From positions 372,001-436,000 of the forward strand of contig NZ_JMCB01000004.1 of assembly GCF_000737315.1 (NCBI RefSeq): a stretch of DNA of 64,000 bases. Reading direction: 5' to 3'. Each line of letters begins with the position of its first letter. Position 1 is the first letter of the stretch. The notes beneath the pieces are model-generated. The model was not told where the DNA came from. It saw only the letters and a program-made list of their open reading frames with translations, and made no database searches. Below, piece after piece: positions 27,920-35,703 of the stretch. This stretch comes from Hyalangium minutum. Its GTDB lineage: Bacteria > Myxococcota > Myxococcia > Myxococcales > Myxococcaceae. The translations under genes were made by a program, and so were the position numbers.

Positions 27920-28547
27920 TCAGGTGCCCCGTGCGCTCGCGCTTGGTCTTCAGGTATCCGACGTTATGCGGATTGTGCTCGGTCCGGGAAGGGATTCGAC
28001 GCCGTACAGGAATGCCTTCCTCCACCAGCCCCGCGATCTTCAACGGATTGTTCGTGATCAGGTCCACGGACCGCACATCCAGGGACCGGAGCATCTCCGC
28101 TGCAATATCATAGCTGCGAAGATCGTCCGCGAAACCCAATTGCCGATTGGCCTCGTAGGTGTCGTACCCCTTGGCCTGGAGCGCGTAGGCCTTGATCTTG
28201 TTGCCCAGGCCGATCCCCCGGCCCTCCTGACGCAGGTACAGGACGACCCCCACCCCCGCCTGGGTGACGAAGTCCAGGGCCCGGTCCAGCTGCTGGCGGC
28301 AGTCGCACTTGAGGCTGCCGAAAACTTCGGAGGTCAGGCACTCGGAGTGAACCCGGACGGGGACGCCTTCCTTGCCGGCCACCTGCCCGACGACCAGCGC
28401 GACGTGCTCCCGCCCGTTACGCCGGTCGCGGAAGACCACCGTCTTCATCTCCCCCCGCTCTGTCGGGATGTCCGCCTCGGAGTACCGCTCCAGGTTCTGG
28501 AGCGGCTTTCGCGAGGGGAGGACTTGAGGTGGACGCGTGTCGGACAT
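27873..28547 (-). CDS. ribA: GTP cyclohydrolase II
   Basis: VRVHSECLTSEVFGSLKCDCRQQL, QEGRGIGL.NKIKAY, LITNNP.K, YLKTKRER.GH. Confidence 0.96.
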   Translation of the reverse strand: MSDTRPPQVLPSRKPLQNLERYSEADIPTERGEMKTVVFRDRRNGREHVALVVGQVAGKEGVPVRVHSECLTSEVFGSLKCDCRQQLDRALDFVTQAGVGVVLYLRQEGRGIGLGNKIKAYALQAKGYDTYEANRQLGFADDLRSYDIAAEMLRSLDVRSVDLITNNPLKIAGLVEEGIPVRRRIPSRTEHNPHNVGYLKTKRERTGHLIELFAEEEDSEAKAG

Positions 28548-28658
28548 GGTGAACTGTTCTCCCATGAGGGAAACCCCTTTTCGAGGTCAAAGGGGTCTCA
28601 AGTCAAGCTAGCCCTGCCTGGTCTCAGGGGATCGATGTTGCAGAAACCCTGACGTTCC

Positions 28659-29891
28659 TCAGGCCGTCCACGAAACAGGCAAGAGGGCCACATTCACTCC
28701 ATGAGCCAGGCTGTTGGACTCCTGCGGGAAGTGTAGCAGGTGGGTCGCCGAAGCGGCCGAGCGCAAGGCTCCGGACGTCTGGGTGGCGAGCGGCCGGGCC
28801 CACAGCTCGCCGTCCCGCCATGACGCCGCTACACGGATGTAGTGTGCCAGCCCAGGAGCCTTGCGCAGCTCGCCATCGAGCCGGCCGGGCACCCGCGGCG
28901 GCTCCACGTCCACGTGCCCCTGCAGGCGCCGGAGCACCGGGCGGACGAACAGCTCGAAGGTGACCAGCGAGGAGGTCGGGTTACCGGGCAGTCCGAAGTA
29001 GAGGGTGCCGCCGCGCCGGCCCACGACCAGCGGCTTGCCGGGCTTGATGGCCACGCGCCAGAAGTTCAGCTCCACCCCCTGCTCCTGGAGGGCGGCCTTC
29101 ACGAAGTCCTTCTCGCCCACGGAGACGCCCGCGCTGCTGATCACCACGTCGAAGCTCTGGGCGTCCGCCAGCCGTGCGGACACCTCCTCCTGGGTGTCCC
29201 GGGCGATGCCCAGCAGCGTCGGCAGGCCCCCGGCCCGCATCACCGCCAGCGCCAGCGAGGGAGCATTGGTGTCGACGATCCGGCCCTCGGGAGCCTCGTC
29301 GGCCCGGCACAGCTCGTCGCCCGTGGAGAGGATGGCCACCCGGGGGCGGCGGGGCACGGGCACCGTCATCATTCCCTGGGCGATGATCAGTCCCAGCTCC
29401 GGGATGCCCAGCGGCGTACCCTGGGTCAGCAGGGGAGTTCCGGCTCGGGCGTCCTCGCCTCGAGGACGGACGAAGTTGCTCGCCGACACGGCCTCGAGGA
29501 TCTCCACGGAGGGACCCTCGGGGCTTTGGACGGGCTGGGTGCGCTCCTGCATCACCACCGCGTCCGCCCCCGGAGGCAGCGGCGCGCCCGTCATGATCCG
29601 GGCGCAGGTGCCGGGGCGCACCTCGATGCGAGGCGTACTCCCCGCGTGGATTGTCTCTCCTACAGCGAGCCGGACGGGCAGGGGGCCGGTGAGGTCGGCA
29701 CTGCGCACCGCGTAACCGTCCATGGCCGAGTTGTCCCACGGCGGCAGCGTCCGCTGCGCAATGAGCTCCGCGCCCAGCGCCCGCCCGAGGGCCTCCTCCA
29801 GACGTACCCACTCTGGGGGAAGAGGGGTGGCCAGGGCGAGCGCTCGGGCTCGCGCGTCCTCGACCGGTAGCAACTCGGATCCAGCGCTCAT
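28659..29891 (-). CDS. moeA: Molybdopterin molybdotransferase (gephyrin-like)
   Basis: DNSAMDGYA, RIMTGAPLP.GAD.VVMQE, STGDEL, AGVSVGEKD, IKPGKP, GLPGNP. Confidence 0.95.
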   Translation of the reverse strand: MSAGSELLPVEDARARALALATPLPPEWVRLEEALGRALGAELIAQRTLPPWDNSAMDGYAVRSADLTGPLPVRLAVGETIHAGSTPRIEVRPGTCARIMTGAPLPPGADAVVMQERTQPVQSPEGPSVEILEAVSASNFVRPRGEDARAGTPLLTQGTPLGIPELGLIIAQGMMTVPVPRRPRVAILSTGDELCRADEAPEGRIVDTNAPSLALAVMRAGGLPTLLGIARDTQEEVSARLADAQSFDVVISSAGVSVGEKDFVKAALQEQGVELNFWRVAIKPGKPLVVGRRGGTLYFGLPGNPTSSLVTFELFVRPVLRRLQGHVDVEPPRVPGRLDGELRKAPGLAHYIRVAASWRDGELWARPLATQTSGALRSAASATHLLHFPQESNSLAHGVNVALLPVSWTA

Positions 29892-29936
29892 GCGGAAGCA
29901 CTGAGATCGAAGTCTCTAGGAATTTCAAGAGTTTGT

Positions 29937-29965
29937 TTGACAGTCCAGCTGATCATCGTTACAAG
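29937..29965 (+). promoter_or_regulatory. Sigma70-type promoter for the 30054 gene
   Basis: TTGACA-17 nt-TACAAG. Confidence 0.5.
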
Positions 29966-30017
29966 CGAACGAGATCGCGTGACACGCTCCCCATGTGGAG
30001 AGATCCGCCAACCCGTT

Positions 30018-30037
30018 GGAATAACTCGGGTTATTCC
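30018..30037 (+). promoter_or_regulatory. Perfect 8-bp stem hairpin directly before the Shine-Dalgarno sequence
   Basis: GGAATAAC-TCGG-GTTATTCC followed by TAAGGAG and ATG 30054. Confidence 0.5.
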
Positions 30038-30053
30038 TAAGGAGACAGCGTCG

Positions 30054-31475
30054 ATGGCCAAGCCCAAGTCTGGGGCCAAGAAGGCGACGCCCGCTGCCAA
30101 GAAGGACAAGGCGGCGCGGCTGGAGCTGTTGAAGAACGCGAGCGAGCGGGTGGCGAAAGCGGCGACGAAGGTGGCCAAGGCCGTGAAGGAGAAGGTGGCG
30201 GAAGTGGCGAAGGGGAAGGCTCCGGCGAAGGCTGCGTCCAAGGCGCCCAAGGGAGCCACGCCCAAGTCCGCGGAGGCCAAGTCTGAGGCGAAGGCCGAGC
30301 CCAAGTCTGAGGCGAAGGCCGAGCCCAAGACGGAGGCCAAGGCAAAGACTGCCAAGGCGGAGGCCGCTCCCAAGGCTGAGAAGGCCGAGAAGGCTGAGAA
30401 GGCTGAGAAGGCCGAGACCCCCAAGGCGGCCAAGGGCGCCACGGGCAAGGGCAAGGCGGCGGCGGCGGCTCCGGCGGCTCCGCCCCTAGAGAAGCCCCGT
30501 CCCCGCGCCACCAAGCTTCCTCCCGTGGGCAGCTCGTTGACCAAGCGCGAGATGGAGCAGCTGCTGTCCGCGGGCGAGGGCCGCGGCGTGTACGGCGAGG
30601 GCAGCCTCAAGGGCCGGCTCGCCGTGACGGACGGCATGCCGTACCTGGTGGTGGTGGGCCGGGACAAGCGCGAGCTGACCTTCCTGCTGCAGGGCCCGGA
30701 TCAGGAAGTGCTCCCTGCGTACATGGACCACAAGGTCTCCGTGAGCGGGCTGATCCGCAAGACGACGAACTACGGCGGCACGGTGGACGTGCGGAAGTAC
30801 TCGGCGAAGAAGCCCGAGGCCGAGGCGCCTTCGGCTCCGGTGGAGACCGAGGCCAAGCTGCGCTACCTGTCCCCGGGCGAGACGTCCATGGTGACCAACG
30901 CCGGCATGGGCGCGGGCATCAAGGGCTTTGCGTCGCTGCGCGGCAGCCTGGAGATGACGGGCGAGGACTTCGTGCTCGTGGTCTCCAACGGTGGTACCCG
31001 GCAGCAGGTGTCCTTCATCCTCGAGGGCAAGGGCACCAAGGGGATGCGCAAGTACGTGGGCCAGCAGCTGTTCCTCACCGGCGTGGTGGAGAAGTCCTCC
31101 GGCTGGGGCGGCAAAGTGGTGGTCGAGAACTTCGAGCCCCGTCCCACCGAGGCCCGCGTCTCGCGCGAGGACATGGAGATCGTCCACGTGGAGGGCGAGG
31201 TGCCCACGTCGGTGGATGTCAGGCTGAACCACGGCCTCACCGTCCGGCTGCAGGAGCAACCCGGCTTCACGTGGGCCATCGAGCCCACTGCCGCCAAGCG
31301 CGTAGGCCTGCGCGAGGCACGGTTCGAGCCGGGCGAGGGCAACGCGGGAACGCGCGAGTTCTTCTTCACGCCGCGCAACCCTGGCACCTCGGAGCTCGAG
31401 TTCTTCCTCGCCAAGGCCTTTACTCCGGGCGCCGTCGAGCGCTCGTTCAAGATCACCGTCACGGTCAAGCCCTGA
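30054..31475 (+). CDS. Protein with histone-H1-like Lys/Ala-rich N-terminus, two similar beta-rich (OB-like) modules and a C-terminal chagasin/I42-like Ig domain
   Basis: AAGGAG RBS; KA-rich repeats; two copies of L.G.L......LVV......F.L.G......Y....V...G.V.K....GG.V.V; C-terminal PGFTW...EFFFTP..PG..L.F...F.ITVTVK; no signal peptide. Confidence 0.8.
   Translation: MAKPKSGAKKATPAAKKDKAARLELLKNASERVAKAATKVAKAVKEKVAEVAKGKAPAKAASKAPKGATPKSAEAKSEAKAEPKSEAKAEPKTEAKAKTAKAEAAPKAEKAEKAEKAEKAETPKAAKGATGKGKAAAAAPAAPPLEKPRPRATKLPPVGSSLTKREMEQLLSAGEGRGVYGEGSLKGRLAVTDGMPYLVVVGRDKRELTFLLQGPDQEVLPAYMDHKVSVSGLIRKTTNYGGTVDVRKYSAKKPEAEAPSAPVETEAKLRYLSPGETSMVTNAGMGAGIKGFASLRGSLEMTGEDFVLVVSNGGTRQQVSFILEGKGTKGMRKYVGQQLFLTGVVEKSSGWGGKVVVENFEPRPTEARVSREDMEIVHVEGEVPTSVDVRLNHGLTVRLQEQPGFTWAIEPTAAKRVGLREARFEPGEGNAGTREFFFTPRNPGTSELEFFLAKAFTPGAVERSFKITVTVKP
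30277..30416 (+). repeat. Coding tandem repeats: 2 x 24 bp (KSEAKAEP) and 5 x 9 bp (KAE)
   Basis: ccaagtctgaggcgaaggccgagc at 30277 and 30301; aaggc(t/c)gag x5 at 30372-30416. Confidence 0.85.
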
Positions 31476-31591
31476 GGGGCTGGCTCGGACCCAGAGCAGG
31501 CCAGGGAGCAGCCCTGGCCGCTTCGGGGGTTCTCGTCCAGCGCGCCAAGGCCTACCCGTTGACGTAGCGGGCAGGCCCGCATGGACTGTGT

Positions 31592-34522
31592 GTGAATCCT
31601 ACTCCTGAGCAACTGAAGCAAATCCTCGCCGACGCCGACCACCCCCTGGGGGTCAAGGAACTCCTGAGGCTGGCGGGGCTGCACCCCGGACATCAAACCT
31701 GGCTCAAGCGCATCCTGCGCGAGCTGGTTCGCCAGGGCGGTATCATCAAGGAGGGCAAGCGCTTCCTCCTCGAGCCGGTCCCGGGCGGCCGCTCCTCCGA
31801 TGGGGAGGCCGAACCTTCCCGCCGCAAGGGGCGTAAGGGCCCCATCCCCACCCGGCCCGAGAGCGTCCAGCTGGAGGGCATCCTCCATGTCCACAGGGAT
31901 GGCTATGGCTTCGTCCACCCGCTGAGCGGTGACGGCGAGAACGTCTTCCTTCCCCCGGCCGAGGCCGCACGGGCGCTCGACAACGATCGGGTGGTGGTGG
32001 AGGTGGGCGGGCGGCCGGGGCGGCTGGAAGGCCACCTGGTGCGGGTGGTGCAGCGCCGCCGCGAGCTGGTGGTGGGCACGTACCGCGAGCTGGGCGGGCG
32101 GCACGCCGTCGTGGAGCCGAGCGACTCCAGCATGCAGGGCCCCATCCGCGTCCCGAACACCCAGATGGCCCGGGATGGAGACCTGGTGAAGGTCCGCCTG
32201 GGCGTGGGCAGCCGGATGCTCGGGCCGGGCGAGGGCCTCTTTGGCGAGGTGGCGGGCTCATTGGGCCGGCCCGGGGATCCGAGCGTGGAGGTGCTCTCCA
32301 TCGCCTACGGCCAGGGCTTCAGCGACGAGTTCCCGCCCGAGGTGATGGACGAGGCGGACCGCGTGGGGCCCGCGGTCTCCGAGGACGAGGGGCGCGGCGA
32401 GGAGCGGCGGGATCTGCGCACGATGCCGTTGATCACCATCGATGGCGAGGACGCGCGGGACTTCGACGACGCGGTGTACGCCGAGCCTTATGGGACTGGC
32501 TGGCGATTGGTGGTGGCCATCGCGGATGTGACGCACTACGTGCGCGAGGGCCAGCCGCTCGATGTCGAGGCATTGCGCCGGGCCACCTCGGTGTACCTGC
32601 CGGATCGCGTGCTGCCCATGCTCCCGGAGCGCCTGAGCAACGGCATCTGCTCGCTGAGGCCCGAGGAGGACCGGCTGTGCATGGTGGCGGACATGGTGTT
32701 CGACGCCCGTGCCCAACTGCGCTCCTCTGAGCTGTACCCGGGCGTCATGCGCAGCGTGGCCCGCTGCACGTACAACGAGGTGCAGGACGTCCTGGACGGC
32801 AAGGACGTGCCCCACCGCAATGCCCTGCGCCCGCTCTTCGAGCGGCTGCTGGCCGTGTCCCGCGCGCTGCGAGCCATGCGCAAGGAGCGGGGCGCCATCG
32901 ACTTCGACTTGCCCGAGCACAAGGTGGTCATGGGCGAGGACGGCCTCCCCGAGCGCATGGAGAAGCGCGAGCGCAAGGAGAGCCACCGCCTCATCGAGGA
33001 GTGCATGCTGGCCGCCAACGAGGCGGTGGCGAAGTTCTTCCAGGACGAGGGTCTGCCCACCGTCTACCGCTTCCACGGCGAGCCGGACGAGCAGAAGCTG
33101 ACCGCCTTCGCCGCGCTGGCCCAGGCGTACGGCTTCAAGATGCGCTTCGAGGACGGCATCTCCTCCAAGGAACTGGATGCCTTCATCAGCCAGCTCGAGG
33201 GCCACCCCGAGCAGCGCGCGCTGAACCAGTTGCTGCTGCGGTCGATGATGCAGGCGGTGTACTCGGCCTCGCGGGTGGGGCACTACGGCTTGGCGGCGGA
33301 GCACTACCTGCACTTCACCTCGCCCATCCGCCGCTACCCAGACCTGCTGGTGCACCGGCTGCTCAAGGCGCACTGGGTGCGGAAGGGCAAGAAGCGCTCC
33401 CAGGCCGCGCTGGAGCGCGAAGAGGCCCAGCTGGAGGACATGGCCGTGCAGAGCTCCGAGCGCGAGCGCGCTGCCATGCAGGTGGAGCGCGAGGTCGTCT
33501 CCTTCTACGCCACATTGATGATGCAGGACCGGGTGGGCGAGGAATTCGACGCCACCGTGTCCGGCCTCACCGAGTTCGGCTGCTTCGTGGAGCTGGACAC
33601 CGAGCACGTGGAGGGGCTGGTCAAGACCGAGTCGCTCGGGTTCGGCGGCAAGCTGGACAAGACGCTGCACGCGCTGGTGTTCCCGGACGGGCGGCGCGTG
33701 CGCGTGGGGCAGAAGTGCCGCGTGCGGCTGGCCTCGGTGAGCCCCGAGCGGCGGCAGATGGACTTCGAGCCATTGGAGATCGAGGGCAGGCCCGTGAGCC
33801 GCAGCGAGCGGCCCATGCGTCCAGGGCGGGCAGGGTGGCGGCCCACGCCTCGCTTCGAGGAGGCGGAGCCTGCGTTCGGCGTTGTCGAGCGGGGCGCCGC
33901 AGCCCGGCGTGGGCGCGGACAGGACATCTCGCAGGAAGCTCCCCAAGCCGAGGAGCGGCGCCGGCGCTTCGTTCGCGAGGGCCAGCGCGAGGAAGTGGCG
34001 CCGAGCAAGGCCGACCGCAAGCGCTGGGCGGCCCATGGGAGTACCGAGAGAGATGCGGAGTCTCGCAGGCCCTCTCCGAGAGCCGAGGCACCGGAGCAGG
34101 TGGAAGGCACGCCGCGCCGGCGCTTCGTCGTCCGCCCGCAGGTGAGGGAAGAGCCCGAAGCCCGGGACGAGCGGCCGGAGACGTCCTGGCGCCCGGAGCC
34201 GCATCCCATTCCCGAGGGAGATCCGCTCGCGGCCTTCATGGCGGATGCGCCACCGTTGGCACCGCCTCCGGTGGATCGCTTGCGCGCGCTCGCGGCCCGG
34301 AGCGGTCGCAAGCCGGGAGAGCGCCTCCAGGCGGAACCGCCCGGGCGCCGGTTGGAGCATTCTAAGCCAGAGTCCCGTGATCTGCGGCCCACGCACAAGG
34401 ACGTGCCCGGCGGCAAGAAGACGAGCCGGGCCGCACCCGCGGGAAAGCGGAAGAACGCCCACGGCGGAGGCAAGCCGCCCAAGTCCGGCGGCAAGTTCAA
34501 GCCCGGCCGCCGGAAGCGCTGA
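31592..34522 (+). CDS. rnr: Ribonuclease R with long charged C-terminal tail
   Basis: N-terminal wHTH, cold-shock domains (HRDGYGFV), TIDGEDARDFDDA catalytic motif, HFTSPIRRYPDL, S1 domain. Confidence 0.95.
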   Translation: MNPTPEQLKQILADADHPLGVKELLRLAGLHPGHQTWLKRILRELVRQGGIIKEGKRFLLEPVPGGRSSDGEAEPSRRKGRKGPIPTRPESVQLEGILHVHRDGYGFVHPLSGDGENVFLPPAEAARALDNDRVVVEVGGRPGRLEGHLVRVVQRRRELVVGTYRELGGRHAVVEPSDSSMQGPIRVPNTQMARDGDLVKVRLGVGSRMLGPGEGLFGEVAGSLGRPGDPSVEVLSIAYGQGFSDEFPPEVMDEADRVGPAVSEDEGRGEERRDLRTMPLITIDGEDARDFDDAVYAEPYGTGWRLVVAIADVTHYVREGQPLDVEALRRATSVYLPDRVLPMLPERLSNGICSLRPEEDRLCMVADMVFDARAQLRSSELYPGVMRSVARCTYNEVQDVLDGKDVPHRNALRPLFERLLAVSRALRAMRKERGAIDFDLPEHKVVMGEDGLPERMEKRERKESHRLIEECMLAANEAVAKFFQDEGLPTVYRFHGEPDEQKLTAFAALAQAYGFKMRFEDGISSKELDAFISQLEGHPEQRALNQLLLRSMMQAVYSASRVGHYGLAAEHYLHFTSPIRRYPDLLVHRLLKAHWVRKGKKRSQAALEREEAQLEDMAVQSSERERAAMQVEREVVSFYATLMMQDRVGEEFDATVSGLTEFGCFVELDTEHVEGLVKTESLGFGGKLDKTLHALVFPDGRRVRVGQKCRVRLASVSPERRQMDFEPLEIEGRPVSRSERPMRPGRAGWRPTPRFEEAEPAFGVVERGAAARRGRGQDISQEAPQAEERRRRFVREGQREEVAPSKADRKRWAAHGSTERDAESRRPSPRAEAPEQVEGTPRRRFVVRPQVREEPEARDERPETSWRPEPHPIPEGDPLAAFMADAPPLAPPPVDRLRALAARSGRKPGERLQAEPPGRRLEHSKPESRDLRPTHKDVPGGKKTSRAAPAGKRKNAHGGGKPPKSGGKFKPGRRKR

Positions 34523-34554
34523 GTCCCCTCACAAACCGCCGCTTAGGGTCCCTC

Positions 34555-35463
34555 CTAAAGGGCCTCGGTGGGGCCGGCGTCCGGGAAGAGCTGCTCATAG
34601 TCCGATTGCCGCATGCGGGTCGTGAGGCCCAGGTAATACGTGCCGCGCTGCTTGCAGACGCTGTAGAACGGACCCATGGGATCCGGGGTGCAGGTATGGG
34701 TGCAGGCCCCCACGTAGGTCAGCGGTGCGCAACGGGTGGAGGGCTTGCCTGAACCGTCCTGCATCCCCGCGCAGGCCCGGGTCAGGTACTGGGTCTCGTT
34801 CGAGACGCGCTGGTCCGCGCCGAAGAAGAGGCCCTCCTGCGTGAAGAGGTTGCCGAAGAAGCACGCCTCGCGAACCGGGTAGGTGGCCAGCTCGCTCTGG
34901 GTGAAGGGGATGAGGCTCCCCTGGGCGTTCCTCCCCAGCACGGAGATGGGGACACTCAGCCCGTACCGGTTCACGTGCGCCAGCAGACAGGCGGTGATGA
35001 CCTGCTGCTCGATAACGGTGGGGGCCGCGCCACTGGCCCAGCCGGGTGCCAAGCCCAGTCCGCCGCTCCACGTGTAGTGCACGCCCGTCTGGGAATCTGT
35101 GTACGTGCGCGTCTCTCCCTCCGGCACCGCACAGCGGACCACGTAGCGCATGAGCATGTCCGCCTGCGCTGGAGCCTGAGTGAACCAAGAGGAGAAGCTG
35201 CTGGTGGACAGCCCGTTGGCGGACAGCCCGTTGACGGACAGCCCGTTGGCTGAGAGCCCATTGGCCGATAATCCGTTGGCGGACAGTCCGTTGGTCGAGC
35301 CGAGCTCCTGGCGCTGGCTCTCCCACGTCGCGCCTTGGGGGATTCCCTCGGGTCCGCAGCCGGGCGCCGCCGCTCCCAGCAGCACCGCCACGAGCGAGAG
35401 CCAACCCCTCGCGCCCCCACTCTTCCTCGCCCTGGTGTGCGCCACGCTCTCCTGTGCCGTCAT
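34555..35463 (-). CDS. GLSxN-repeat lipoprotein (Cys-rich C-terminal domain), function unknown
   Basis: AAPG-C lipobox; NGLSAN repeats; MRYVVRCA, G.LGLAP.W, EQQ.ITACLLAHVN, REACFFGNLF; AAGGGGAG RBS before GTG/ATG at 35466/35463. Confidence 0.8.
   Translation of the reverse strand: MTAQESVAHTRARKSGGARGWLSLVAVLLGAAAPGCGPEGIPQGATWESQRQELGSTNGLSANGLSANGLSANGLSVNGLSANGLSTSSFSSWFTQAPAQADMLMRYVVRCAVPEGETRTYTDSQTGVHYTWSGGLGLAPGWASGAAPTVIEQQVITACLLAHVNRYGLSVPISVLGRNAQGSLIPFTQSELATYPVREACFFGNLFTQEGLFFGADQRVSNETQYLTRACAGMQDGSGKPSTRCAPLTYVGACTHTCTPDPMGPFYSVCKQRGTYYLGLTTRMRQSDYEQLFPDAGPTEAL
35206..35295 (-). repeat. Six 15-bp coding units (NGLSA/NGLSV/NGLST pentapeptide)
   Basis: ggacagcccgttggc and synonymous variants, six times in tandem. 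Confidence 0.9.
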
Positions 35464-35703
35464 CACGCTCCCCTTTCCCATGAAAGAAGATGACAACCGT
35501 GACGACGTAAAAAAGTGGGCGGCTTTTTCTGGATGATCCGGTTCGCTCTTCCGAACGAGTGCGCCGTGAGATGGTCGACACCCGGCGGCAGATCCGTCCA
35601 ATTCTCGATAGGCGCGGAAGACTCCTGACTCGGGGGCCTCTCCTCCCGAGGAACCTGACCCCACTTTGAGGGGTCTCTCGATTCTCGGGATTTGAAGACG
35701 ATC

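Noticed and set aside
28548-28658. FMN riboswitch upstream of ribA
   Set aside because: Spacer is only ~110 bp and lacks RFN conserved blocks; ribA probably reads through from moeA.
29892-30053. Moco riboswitch upstream of moeA
   Set aside because: No recognisable Moco RNA motif; the hairpins are oriented and positioned for the opposite gene.
32258-34462. 734-aa minus-strand ORF
   Set aside because: Antisense shadow of rnr.
35206-35295. Possible mini-CRISPR or non-coding repeat array
   Set aside because: Units are contiguous with no spacers, 15 bp long, in frame, and vary mostly synonymously: a coding repeat.
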